From Callorhinchus milii (taxonomy: Eukaryota), in assembly GCF_018977255.1 (NCBI RefSeq), contig NW_024704814.1:62001-126000 (forward strand): 64,000 nt of DNA, given 5' to 3'. Numbering within the stretch: the stretch's first letter is position 1; every line of letters begins with the position of its first letter. A program made the translations under genes and the position numbers. Below the pieces are notes generated by a model. That model was not told where the DNA came from. It searched no databases and saw only the letters and a list, made by a program, of their open reading frames with translations. This document shows, one piece after another, positions 12,860 to 25,900 of this stretch.

Positions 12860-13135
12860 AAGGAGCAGTTGTTACGTTACGTGGGTGAGAACCAGAGAAA
12901 GAGATACGTGCATACGTTACGTGAGGGGCAGCACAGGGAGTCGACACGAGAGAGACTCATACAAAGCGGGGAAGCTGTGCCGTTCAATATGGCGGATCTA
13001 ATTGGGGAGCAGTGAAGCGCAGACAGTCAAACGCATCCACACACACACGCACACTGAGGCGGGTAGACTTGCGGACGACAGCGCGTATGCAGGCTGCCTG
13101 TCTCCCTACGTCACGTACGTGGTGTCGTTAGCGGT
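12860..13135 (+). promoter_or_regulatory. CpG-rich promoter-like segment
   Basis: Clustered TACGT(G)/CACGTACGTG motifs and YY1-like CAATATGGCGG at ~12985. Confidence 0.4.
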
Positions 13136-13379
13136 GACTTTGTATAATAATTATAATAATTATCATAATAATGGGCATTATTTACAGCCCCTCATCAAGT
13201 CTTCGAGACGTCTCAGTGCTGGATACAGTGTAAGGCGAAGTCAGTGTATGTACAGCCGTAACTTCAGAGCGATCGAATTATTAAGATTTTTACAAACAAT
13301 TGCAAGGTCTATTACACTTGGAAAAGTGATGCCAATACACGACCAGGCGGGTTCCTACTGACAGAATTTAAACGCAGGC

Positions 13380-14110
13380 TGCGGGAGAAGTGGGCAAACA
13401 GGAAGACTTGGAGGGCAGCAGACTGACAGCCGGGCTGACCATTCCGAAGCTGGGCTGTTTTGGAAAGAGCCAATAGGCAGCGAGTTGGCGGGAAGAGAGT
13501 GGCGGTTGGAGAAAGAGTGCGGGGCAGGAAGCAGGTGAGGTGATTGATGGAGATGGGACGATCAGAGAACGCAGTATGATTGCCAACTCAATTGACCAAT
13601 CATAAGCTCTGGCTGTGGGGGGCGGGTGACTGAATGGACCAATGGAAAGCGTGTGGGCGGGGAAAGTTTGACGGTTGGAGAGAGCGAGGGGCAGGAAGGA
13701 GAGGAAATGATTCACGTGGACCTGGACCTATCAAATCGCGACTACTGGTTGATGTAAAGACAGACCAATGGGAAGCACTGAAAGTCGGGATGTGGGTTCA
13801 AATGGGCCAATGGTGAGCGAATGGGCGGTGACATGGTGATGGTTGACTAGGAAGCGGATGGCGTGGAGGATTAGAGATGATTGATTCAGACATAGACCTA
13901 TTAGAGCGCGGTATCTGCTGGACAATTAGACAGACCTATGGAAAGCTCTGGCTGTGGCGGCGGGTGTTGGGAATGAACGAATGGGGAGCGAGTGGGCGGT
14001 GACTCAGTAAGGCTTGAAGGAGGAAAAGCTCAAACATGGCCGAGGGCCGCCCGGAGAGATAGCGGCCCCAAACTGCAAGACAACTGGGGCTGATAGGGAG
14101 CTCAGGTCAG
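13380..14110 (+). promoter_or_regulatory. CCAAT/GC-box-rich promoter-like region with possible non-coding first exon
   Basis: At least five CCAAT boxes and several GGGCGG, YY1-like AAACATGGCCG at ~14031, and candidate donor CAG|GTCAGT at ~14105. Confidence 0.5.
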
Positions 14111-16199
14111 TGGGAGCGAATAAGAAAGAGAGTGCGTGTGTGATTGTGGGCGTTTGAAAACGTGCGAATTTGTGAGTGTGAGAGTTTGGGAATATCTGTG
14201 AGAGTCTGTTAGAGAGTATGAGTGTGTGAGTTTCTTTGTGAGTGTGAGAGTGTATGATTGTGTGAGTGTGCGTGTGATTAATACACCACGATGCAGCATA
14301 TTAGTACACCACATACTCCATTAATAACCCACACAACCAACTATTACGCTAAACCCCATTGATAAGCCACAGTCCATTAGTACCCACATAACGCATTAAT
14401 ACCTATCACTCCCCACTAATATGCCACGCCTCTGTAATGCCACACACACACCTTTAACACATAACGCAGCATCAATACCCCTCACGACATTAATACCTCA
14501 ATCCTATTAATAACTCATACACCTCATTGGTGCAGTGCACACCCAAATAATACATCACCAACTCCAAATTAATCCACTAGTACACACATTTCATTAATAC
14601 CACACAAGCCATTGATACAACTTACCCCATTAATACAACACACCACTGATACATCATGCTCACCATTAATATCCCACACTGCCCATTAATATCCCAAATA
14701 TCCCATCAATACAACACACATTAATATCAAAATCCACATTAATACCACGCATCCCATCAATAACCCATGACTCATTAACAATCCACGAACCAGTAATACC
14801 AACAACAACACCCACCTTACATTGGTATAGCGCCTTTCACGTTGTGAGGACGTCCCAAGATACTGGAAACATCCCATCAGCAACCCACACCCCAATCTTT
14901 TCCTAAAATATTATTGATAGCCCACACACCATTAATATCGCACACTCCATGAATAACCGACACCCCATTAGTACCCACACACACAATCAATTGATTAATA
15001 GCACACACCTCACTGTTAACCCACACAACATTAATACCGCTGTAAACCATTAACATCCCACACACCATTAATACATAATACACACCATTAATAACCCACA
15101 CGTCCATTAATACCGAACACTCCATTAATGCTCCATACACCGCAATAATACCTCGCACACCACTGATACCACACAATTCATTCAAATCAAACGATAAATA
15201 CTCCATAAAATATTGATACCTCACAACCCATTATTACCACAGACCCTATTAGTAACCTACGCCCCATTATTAAAACACACACCCCATTATTACTGCACAA
15301 CCCATTAGCACAACATACTCTTCACTATTATCCCCCAACACACAAACAGTATCCCAAAAACGAAATTAATGCCACAGAAACACCATTACTAAGGCATACG
15401 GTTTAATACTACCACACTCCATTAATAACACACATACACTTATTGCCACAAAGAACATTAATACCCCATACACTATTGATACCACACACAACACTAATAT
15501 CCAAATATCACATTAGTACCTCACAGAACACATTAAAACCCCACAAAATCCATAAAAATCCCAAAGACACCATTAATAGCACACACCACATTATTAGCAT
15601 ATACAACATAACTACCACACACCAATGAACAAATACACCCCATTGATATGGCACACCCCAAAACGTCGTCACACCCCACTAATACCCAAAAAACACCACT
15701 AATACCAAACGCAACACATTAATACTCAATAAGACATTAATACCCCACACCATTATTACAGAACACTCCATTGATATCCAACAGCCCATTAATACACCAC
15801 AACCCATTAGTAAACTACACACAAGTAGTACGTCACACCCCTCAATACCACATACTCCTTTAGTACCCCAAACCCCATTAATATCCACACCAAACTAATC
15901 CCCCATAAATTCCATTAATGCCACACACGCCCAATTTATACCGCAAATAGGTTTAGAATTTGGATTTTGATTTGGCGTGGCTAGAAGTTGCGGTGCAGAA
16001 GTTCTAAATAAAAAAGAAATAAATTCTGAATAAATAAATTTGTAAACTGGATTGTAAGGTAGGAGCATGGTAAAGATGGTTGTACTTCACTTCATTTCCT
16101 ATCCAGGAAGTAAAGTCAAGGCAGGCACCCTAACCACGTGCCTCCTTACAACACGGTTCCTTGATGTCTCTTCATATTTACGGCTATGGACCACATGCG

Positions 16200-16455
16200 C
16201 CAGGGTGAAACCTTGAGCAAGTTTACTTGCTCCACATGTCTAATAATAATCCCTCCAAACCAAAACAACAATAAATTGTTCGTTTTCAGTACACGACTGT
16301 TCGTGGGACACTGCTGTGCGCAATTGGCTCCCGCGTATTGCCCACAAATAAATGATCAGTTCGCCTTACAGCATATTATGTGAAGCGCTTTGAGACGTCT
16401 AGAAGATGTGAAAAGCGCTATATCAAATTCAAGGATTATTTTTGTTATTATTGTT
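16200..16455 (+). mobile_element. SINE, 5'-truncated, inserted in the satellite
   Basis: CAGGGTGAAACCTTGAGCAAG...GCTGTGCGCAATTGGC...AAAGCGCTATATCAAATTCAAGGATTATT. Confidence 0.88.
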
Positions 16456-16679
16456 ACATACCCTATTAATACCACACGCACAATTAATACCACATAACCC
16501 ATTAATACCAAACACTGTGTCAATACCACACACCAAATTAATACCCCACACTCCATTAGTACCCCACCATCCATTAAATCCCTATAGCCCATTAATAACC
16601 CAAACTACATTAATACCCCATACACAGCATTAATACCCCCACACAACATTAATAACCCAAACAACCCATTAATTAATCT

Positions 16680-16900
16680 ACTCGCCTGATAATACTCACT
16701 CAAGAAAGAAAAACTTATAATAAATTTGTCGCTTCAATCCACGACTTTTTGTGGGACACCGCTGCTCGCAATTGGCTGCCGCAGTTCGACACAAATATAC
16801 AGTCAACTCACTTTACAGTCTATTCTGAGAAGCGCCTTGAGACGTCCAGTAGACGTGAAAAGCGCAATTTCAAAGGCCAGGATTAGTTTTACTATTAATA
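16680..16900 (+). mobile_element. SINE, 5'-truncated, inserted in the satellite
   Basis: Family body GTGGGACACCGCTGCTCGCAATTGGCTGCCGC and tail. Confidence 0.82.
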
Positions 16901-19900
16901 ATAGTATCCTAAACACTCCATTAAGAACACACCCCACATTAACAGCATATTAATACCGAACACCCCGGTGATACCCCACCAATTCCACTAATACCATACA
17001 CATCTCAGTAATACACTACATCCCATAAATAACCCACACATCATTAATGCCCCACATCACGTTTATACCGCAAACGCGATTAATACCCCATACAACCCAC
17101 TAATACAATACAAAACACATTAATATCCCACAAGACATTAATATCCCAAACACCCCATTAATACCACAAAGCGCATTAATACCCTATAGCGCTATCTTAA
17201 CAGGCACCACATTAATTCCCTATATCCCATCAGTACTCCATGCATAATTATTAAGCCACACCCCATTAATACTCCACAACGAATTAATACCACAGAAAAC
17301 GGATTGCTATACCGTACACACCTTGAATACCCCACACACCCCAGCAATAACCCACGCATCCCATGAATACCACACGCAGCACAAACACCGTACAGCAGAT
17401 AAATAATCCATACACTATTGACACCACACACTACATTAATACCCATACACACCAAAAGTACACACAGGTGCAATTAATACCCCACATACGCCAATAAAAT
17501 CCCAAACATTACATTAATTCCACACACCCAATTAATTACCACATACAAAATTACAACCAAACAGCCAATTGATAACACAAACTCCATTGATAGCACACAT
17601 CCCATTCATACAACAAAACTCATTAACACTATATATCAGATAAGTACCCCATAATATTAATACCGCACACCACATTGAAACACATACACTCCATTAGTAC
17701 ACACAGATCCCATTAATACTCCACAAAATGTATTGAAATCCGAAGCATCATATTAATGCGACACACCCCATTATTAGCACATGCAAAAATTATTAACGCT
17801 CACCCCATTAATACCGCATACTCTTTTAATAGCATGCGTCCCATTAGTACGACACAGCCCATTATTAAATCTCCACTGAACTCCATACGCCACTAGTACG
17901 CCAATTCTCATGAATACCCCACAAACCATTAACACACCACGCCCCATTAATACCTCACAACCCGTTAGTACCACACACCCACTCAACATACCCCTTCATC
18001 ACCTAAACCTAACCACATTAATACCCCAAACTCCATTGATATCCGACACCAAATTAATGTCCCACACTTCATTAATATCACACAGCCCATTATTAAAATT
18101 CTATTAAACTGAATACCCCACTAACACACCACTTCCCTTTAATACCACACACCCAATTAATACTCCATATACCATTAAAATCCCATGAACTGTATTAGTT
18201 CCCCACACATCCCAGTAATGGCCCACACACCAAGATAATACCTCAAAAAACCCATTAGCACCATAAAGCCCATTAATACAACATTCGACATTAATACCAC
18301 AAATTCAATAAATACCCCACACGCCATTAATACACAACATCCAATAATGTAACACACACTCCATTAATAGTATACAACCCAATACCACACAACTCATTAT
18401 TGCTAAACACCCCATTAATCCACTCTCCAAAAATATTCCATTGAAACCTCACATCCATTGATACCTACACCGCACTGAAAAAGTATACCCTAATAATACG
18501 CAAACGAGCCCATTAATGCGGCACAAACCTTAATAATAATCCACAAACTCCAGAACACACAAATAATAAACAACACAACCCATTAATAATCCATATCATA
18601 TTGGTACCTCACAAAACCCATTAATACATAACACGGCTCATTAATACACCACAACATTTAATACCATATAGTCCATTAACAAACGGCACCACATTAATAT
18701 CCCTCACTCCACTAGTACCAAACAACTCTTTAATACCTCATGTACCATTAACATCCCATTGTGTCGAATTAGTATCCCACGCATCCCATTATTACTCGAC
18801 ACACTCCATTAATATCTTACACAAACAACTAATACGTCAAATTCCATTGCCTCCCATACCCATTAACATCCAGACCACATTAATACTCAACACAGCCCAT
18901 TGATAGCCCATACAATTTCACTAAAAAGCATACATTCAATGCACCACATTAATTCATCTCACCCTATTAATGGCCCATAAAGAAATAAAACCCATACACC
19001 AGTGAAACCCCATACGCCCCACTAGTACAACACAAACTCCGATAAAATCCCTTACTACGACGCATTCATTAACACCTCACACCGCATAAAAATAACAAAC
19101 CCCGTTAATATCTTAACCACCATTAATACCATATAGACCATCAATACCACACAAACCATTAATACAAAAATGCACAATAACACCATACATCCCATTAATA
19201 AACCACAACCAATTAATACCCCACGACCCACTAATACCCCACAAATCATTATTACCAGACACTACTTCAACACATCCCTTTAACACTTAACTATTACCGC
19301 ATTAATACCCCGAAAAACATTGATACCCCATACCCCATTAATACACGAAAACCTTTTTTAAAACACAATCCATTAATAATCCACACACCTAATTCATTCC
19401 AACAACACATTAATATCACAGATCCTATTGATACCAACCACACACGTTAATACACAATAGACCCCATTAATACCCCACAATTTAAAACCACACAATCTAT
19501 AACTAAACCCCATCCTATTAATTATCCCCACCCCATTAATAGTCCTTAACACATTCAAACCCCACACCGGAGTACACTCCAATACACCTCATTAATAGGC
19601 CAAACACCGCATTAGCAACCCAAATGCTCAATTAACACTGCATTATTCCCACATACTCCATTAATATCCCACACACCAATTATACGCCGCTCAGCAATAA
19701 TACCCCATAAACGCCATTAATACCGCAAAACCACATTGATATGCCAGACACCTCATTAATACCCCCACACCCCACTGAGATCCCAAACACCCCATTGATA
19801 CCACGTATCACATTATTACCACGGACTACATTAATATCACACACTCAATCAATGCTTCACCACCCGTCGATAAGATACACGTCATTAATACCCCGCACCC

Positions 19901-20983
19901 CATTAATAACCCACAAAACATTAACACCTCATACACAGCATTAGTACCCAAATGCACCCCATCAAAACCACACACAAACCAAAGCAATTCCCCACACTCC
20001 CCATTATTACCGCAAACCCGATCTATAAGAAAAAAATTCTTTAATACCACAGAGCCCATTAAAAACGCACGTCCTATTGATACGACACACTCCATTGACA
20101 CCAACCACCCCATTAGTATTCGCACCCCAGGAATAACCCACACCACATAAATAACCTGCACCTGATGTTTACCACATTAGTTCCCCGCAAATCCATTCGT
20201 AACAATCAAACAATTAATAACCCACACACCATTAATATACCAGACCCTATTAATACCCACATAGGCCACTCCCAGAAAAGTACCACACACCGCATTAGTA
20301 CCCCACAATCCCCGTTAATACCACACAAACCATTGATACCATATACCGAATTAATACAACAAGCTACATTAATAGCATACACCCCACTCACACCACAAAC
20401 AACATTAACACCCGACACACCATTAACACCACAATAATATCCCACACACCGTTTTGAACCTCACGCATACAATTAGAATCCTAAAAAAACATTAATACGA
20501 CACAGTCCATTAATACTTCACTCACATTGATACCAGACTCTGCATCAATAAGTCACACATCACATTTATACCCGACCAACTCAATTAGCACCACACACAC
20601 CCACTGAATATCCCACACACCCTATTAACGACCCAAAAGCAGAGGGACAACAGGCAGAGCAGATCGTCTGGCAAATGATGCTATAGACTGTATCCGTCGT
20701 TGTCACGTCGATACCAGAGTTGAGAAGAGATAAGTGGAAGAGTCGTGTGAGATGATAGCTGCCCAGACGAGGAGTCGCTACCGAGAGAGATAGAGTAGAA
20801 GGAAGAGAGAGAGAGAATCACTATCAGCCCATCACCACTAACCGGGCAATATACTTCCATATATTTCCATTGGATACCCTTGGGTCATTCAACAACTAAA
20901 ACTTGGATTTATATAGCGCCCTCCACGGCGTCTCAGAGCGCTTTCGTATCTGAATTAGCTTATCATCCAATGTGATATTGTAC

Positions 20984-21250
20984 TGCGAGCGAGACGCCTG
21001 TTTCGTACCCGGTCGTGCAAAACCGCGGGCGAGTTTCCTTACTCCAGACACGCGATAATAATCCCTATAGACGGGCAAAACAAACAAATATTAATTGGTC
21101 ACTTCAATCCACGGCTGTGCACCATCGGCTGCCGCGTTTCACCAACAAATATACAGTCACTTCACTTTACGATGTATTCCGTGAAGCGCTTTGGGACGTC
21201 TGTGAGTCACAATGAGGTACTGTACCAAATGGAAGTATTATTACTGTTGT
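20984..21250 (+). mobile_element. SINE, head truncated at the duplication boundary (full-length paralog 36493-36810)
   Basis: Starts mid-tRNA head at TGCGAGCGAGAC; the paralog retains GGAGTCCTGCGGTTCGGTGG. Confidence 0.85.
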
Positions 21251-21959
21251 ACTGGGTACCAGGCGCAGCTCGCGGAAGCTACAGGACTCACACAGCATTA
21301 ATACTACACACACCATTAATACCCCACACATCCCATTAATAGCCCACACCCCATTAATACCCCACACACCGCAATAATACCCCACAGAGCCCATTAATAC
21401 CCCACAAAGCCCATAAATACCCCCCACAGTCCGTTATTACCCCACACAGACCAGTAATAGCCCACACACAATCAACACGCCACACACCCCAATAATATCC
21501 CAAACACGACAATAATCCACCACACAGTCCACTAATCCCCCACACAGTCCACTAATCCCCCACAAAGCCCAGTAATACCCCACAGCTTATTAACACCCCC
21601 CACAGCCCATTAGTACCCCCCACAGCTCATTAATACCCCTCACAGCCCATTAATATCCCCACACCGTCACTTAATAACCTACACAACTCATTAATACCCT
21701 AAATAGACAAATAGTACCCAGCACAGCTCATTAATGCCTCAAACACTCCATTAATATCCCACACCGAATGAATGCAACACTCAATCAACATACCTCTAGC
21801 AACCCATCAATACCCCACACACACCGTCAGTAACCCACACACCCATTAGTACCCCACACACCATTAGTACCCCACACACCATTCGTACCCCAAACACCAA
21901 TCTTATACCCCACACACCCATTTTACCCCTCACACCCATTGGTACCCCACACACATTAC

Positions 21960-22098
21960 TCTGACCCCGCCAACTCGCTCCCCATTGGTCCACCTCAAGC
22001 CCCTTGCCCCTTCAGCCACAGCCCTATTGGTGCGTCCGTCACAAACTGCACTGTGATTGGCCCTCCGTCAACGTCAATCATCTGCACTTCCGCCCCCT
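21960..22098 (-). promoter_or_regulatory. CCAAT x3 / GC-box / ETS-like module (paralog 37683-37817)
   Basis: ATTGG three times, CCCCGCC, ACTTCCGCCCC. Confidence 0.45.
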
Positions 22099-22864
22099 CT
22101 CTGTCCTCTCTCTCTCTCTCCCCACCGCACCGTCTCTCTCTCCTTCTCTCTCTCTCCCTCCCTCACCGTCTCTCTCTCCTTCTCTCTCTCTCTATCCCTC
22201 ACCGTCTCTCTCTCCTCACTCTCTCCCTCACCGTCTCTCTCTCCTTCTGTCCCTCTCTCTTTGTCCCTCACCGTGTCTCCCTCTCTGGGCCTCAACGTCT
22301 CTCCTCTCTCTCTCTCCCTCACCGTCTCTCTGCTTCTCTCTCTCTCTCTCTCTCTCTATCCCTCACCGTCTCTCTCTCCTTCTATCTCTCTCCCTGTCCC
22401 TCACCGTCTCTCTCTCCCTCACCGTCTCACTCTCCTTCTCTCTCTCACTCTCTCTGTCCCTCACCGTCTATCTCTCCTCTCTCTCTCTGTCCCTCACCGT
22501 CTCTCTCTGTCCCCTCACCGTCTCTCTCTCCTCTCTCTCTCTCTCTCCCTCACCGTCTCACTCTCCTCTCTCTCACTCTCTCCCTCAGCGTCTCACTCTC
22601 CTCTCTCTCACTCTGTCCCTCACCGTCTCTCTCTCCCTCACCGTCTCTCTCTCCTTCTCTCCCTCACCGTCTCACTCTCCTTTTCTCTCTCCTCACTCTC
22701 ACTGTCCCTCAGCGTCTGTCTCTCCTTCTCTCCCTCACCGTCTCACTCTCCTTTTCTCTCTCTCACTCTCTCTGTCCCTCACCGTCTCTCTCTCTCTCTC
22801 TGTCCCTCACCGTCTCTCTCACTCTCTGTCCCTCACCGACTCTCTCTCTCTCTGTCCCTTACCG

Positions 22865-22901
<37 letters not shown>

Positions 22902-23625
22902 GTGTCCTTCATCGTCTCTCTCATCTCTCTNNNNNNNNNNNNNNNNNNNNNNNNNNNNNNNNNNNNNNNNNNNNNNNNNNNNNNNNNNNNNNNNNNNNNN
23001 NNNNNNNNNNNNNNNNNNNNNNNNNNNNNNNNNNNNNNNNNNNNNNNNNNNNNNNNNNNNNNNNNNNNNNNNNNNNNNNNNNNNNNNNNNNNNNNNNNNN
23101 NCTCTCTCTCTATCCCTCCCTCACCGTCTCTNNNNNNNNNNNNNNNNNNNNNNNNNNNNNNNNNNNNNNNNNNNNNNNNNNNNNNNNNNNNNNNNNNNNN
23201 NNNNNNNNNNNNNNNNNNNNNNNNNNNNNNNNNNNNNNNNNNNNNNNNNNNNNNNNNNNNNNNNNNNNNNNNNNNNNNNNNNNNNNNNNNNNNNNNNNNN
23301 NNNNNNNNNNNNNNNNNNNNNNNNNNNNNNNNNNNNNNNNNNNNNNNNNNNNNNNNNNNNNNNNNNNNNNNNNNNNNNNNNNNNNNNNNNNNNNNNNNNN
23401 NNNNNNNNNNNNNNNNNNNNNNNNNNNNNNNNNNNNNNNNNNNNNNNNNNNNNNNNNNNNNNNNNNNNNNNNNNNNNNNNNNNNNNNNNNNNNNNNNNNN
23501 NNNNNNNNNNNNNNNNNNNNNNNNNNNNNNNNNNNNNNNNNNNNNNNNNNNNNNNNNNNNNNNNNNCTCTGTCCCTCACCGTCTCTCTCTCCTTCTCTCT
23601 GTGCCTCACTGTCTCTCTCTCTCTC
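22099..23625. repeat. (CT)n-rich minisatellite with CCCTCACCGTCTCT units and N runs (paralog 37818-39097)
   Basis: Directly visible; N runs at 22931-23101, 23132-23566 and 38775-38996. Confidence 0.95.
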
Positions 23626-23627
23626 TC

Positions 23628-23768
23628 CGTATCCGGAGCCGCCGCTGACGGCCGCCGCGCTCGTTGACGCAATGACGCAGGGCCGGGAGTCCCGCCCACG
23701 TGGTGACGTCGGCACGTACGGCGCCGTACGGCACCGCTCTCCGCCATGTTGTACGGCGCGGCTTCTGT
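23628..23768. promoter_or_regulatory. Small CpG-island promoter-like element (paralog 39098-39248)
   Basis: TGACGCAATGACGCA, CCCGCCC, CACGTG, TGACGTC, 16-bp palindrome CGTACGGCGCCGTACG (23715-23730) and YY1-like CCGCCATGTT. Confidence 0.6.
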
Positions 23769-23782
23769 ATTAACAACAGAAA

Positions 23783-24118
23783 CAATAATAATAATAATAA
23801 TCCTCGCATTTGATATAGCACTTTTCACGTCGGGAGGACGTCCCAAAGCGCTTCACAGAACACACTGTAGAATGAATTGACTGTATATTTGTGGGCGAAC
23901 GCGGAAGCCAATTGCGCACAGCAATGTCCCACAAACATTCGTGGGTTGGAAATGACCAATTCATTGTTGTTGTTTTTTTGGAGCGATTATTATTAGGCTC
24001 TATGTGGAGTAAGGAAACTTGCCCAAGGTTTGGCCCTGACCTGCCTATGATTGAACTCAGTTCTCTCACTTGCAAAGCGAGTGCTCTTACCACTGAGCTA
24101 CAGGACTACAGGACTCCA
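23783..24118 (-). mobile_element. Full-length tRNA-headed SINE (paralog ~39265-39598)
   Basis: Reverse complement has GTCCTGTAGCTCAGTGGTAAGAGCAC head, family body and (TTA)n tail. Confidence 0.92.
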
Positions 24119-24224
24119 CAAGTTGTGGTTCGGAAGAGGGGGGCAGTGAACCCTACCCGCTGGAGACCTTTACTGTGCCGTTACACTTGAGCAAATTGCG
24201 TCTTTTCCAAAACCGCCACCTCCA

Positions 24225-24490
24225 CGCAGTGTAGCGTCTCAGAGCGCTTAACCGTGGTGGAGTTTGACCGGCCCGGGAGGGCGGAAGGTGACACGGTCGG
24301 AAGGGAAGATTTTCAGGCAGCACTTGAAAAGGGGGAAACGGCTCAATGCGGGAAGATTGAGGGAGAGAGTTCCAGATTTTCGGGGTATCAGTGGCTGAAA
24401 GGGCGACCGCCAATGATGGAGCGGATGGCGGGGGGGACAAGCTGGAGGCCGGTGCCAGACGAGCGGAGGCGCCGAGTGGTGGATTGGGGA
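24225..24490 (-). mobile_element. L2-like LINE 3' fragment (paralog ~39705-39970)
   Basis: GGRPFSH..PKIWNSLP-type translation followed by an AAGCGCTCTGAGACG tail. Confidence 0.7.
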
Positions 24491-24523
24491 GTGAGGACGT
24501 CGGGGGGCGGGGGGAGGAGAGGG

Positions 24524-24803
24524 GGGACATTAACTGCACATTAAACAAAGGGACATTTAATGCTCAGTTTCAATAGGTGCAAATCGTACCTATCCAACTG
24601 CACATGAAACAAAGGGACATTTAATGTGCGGTTTTAGTTGATGTAAATTGTACGTATTGAACGCCACATTAAACAAAGGGACATTTAATGTGCGGTTTAA
24701 TTTGATGTAAATTGTAGGTATTGAACGCCACATTAAACAAAGGGACATTTAATGTGCGGTTTAATTGGATGTAAATTGTTGGTATTGAGCGCAACATAAA
24801 CGA
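24524..24803. repeat. 64-bp tandem repeat, ~4.3 units (only ~2.3 units at 40004-40158)
   Basis: GGGACATTTAATG..CACATTAAACAAA at 24550, 24614, 24678 and 24742. Confidence 0.9.
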
Positions 24804-25309
24804 AGGCCCCAGGAGTTGGCCGGCAGTAACCTGACCCTCTCCTCCTGGGCTGGACAGCTTCACTCATATATGAAAGGGAATTGTAATATCTCGTCACGTG
24901 AATGGAAAAGAGAAGTTTCTCTCTCGCGGGTCCTGACTGACAGTCCTCCACATTAATTCCTTGGGTTGTGGGGAGGGGGAAATCTATCTGTGGTAGTGGG
25001 GTGGGGGGAGGGAATTTAAACAGCTCAGAGACTGTAATAGGCGGCTTCAATCGGTGCAAATAGTATCTGATACATTTAGTGCTGAGATGTGTTGGCCACC
25101 TGGAAGATCGCAGGGAATTCCTTGTACCCACTGCCTACATAGTGAGGCTCAATCCCGCGCTTGTCGGATGCAGAACGTCCATCTGGTGACTGTGCTCCTC
25201 GGGGAGGGCGATCGGGGTGTAAAAATAAACACTGGTTTACAAAATGGAACTTGTGTTTAAGGATATCAGACATTCGGTACTGCTGTTACAGGAGAATATC
25301 CTTCAGATC

Positions 25310-25603
25310 TTGGGGTCCAGTTGCTCAGTGCTTAGAGCACTCGCCTTGCGAGCGAGATACCTGGGATCAATTCCAGGCAGAGCAAAGCCTCTGGCAAGTT
25401 TCCCTACTCCAGATATCTAATAATAATCCCTCCAGAACACGGCAATAATAAACTGGTCATTTTCAATCCACGACTGTCTGTGGGACACTGCTGTGCGCAA
25501 TTGGCTGCCGCGTTTCGCCCACAGAAATACGGTGAATATATTTTCACGTCCCAAAGACTTAAAAAACGCTGTGTCAAATGCAATGATGATTATTATTATT
25601 ATC
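25310..25603 (+). mobile_element. tRNA-headed SINE (paralog ~40667-40960)
   Basis: GGGGTCCAGTTGCTCAGTGCTTAGAGCAC head, family body and (ATT)n tail. Confidence 0.88.
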
Positions 25604-25900
25604 ACCCAGACTGCTTATGATTCAGATACTTTATTCCATTTCCCTGCCATTCTCTCCCCTCCCCCTCCCCTTCGCAGTATCCAACTCTCACCCTATTGAA
25701 ATACCCAGAAGTGGACAAAAGCTGTGAATTTGGCTCAATCACCTGAAGACGACATTGGGTTTGAAAACTGCCAGAAAACCAACTGCTGTACTATCAGCCG
25801 ATTACCTTTAAACGTGAAGGGTAAATGGCTGCATTATTGGCTTCACACAAAAGAAACTAATCAGATATAAATATGAGCTGCCAACACAAGGCAGGGGAGA

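Larger units (their letters stand above)
14280..20600. repeat. Degenerate ~19-bp satellite (CCCATTAATACCCCACACA-like); younger blocks at 21290-21955 and 36855-37680
   Basis: Very many CATTAATA/CCCCACAC units with extreme G depletion on the + strand; interrupted by SINEs. Confidence 0.92.

Noticed and set aside
14686-21993. Many V/L/M/G/C-rich or P/H/T-rich short ORFs (also 32855-33847, 36729-37226)
   Set aside because: Satellite and low-complexity translations.
21939-23773. Long S/L/P-rich ORFs (up to 589 aa), also 37708-39361
   Set aside because: Translations of stop-poor (CT)n minisatellite and N runs; open in all three frames.
25244-25310. MELVFKDI resembling the start of a KRAB-A box
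   Set aside because: The following sequence, with or without the SINE, shows no YF..EEW..L/Y..NY pattern. KRAB is not supported; an HMM search would settle it.
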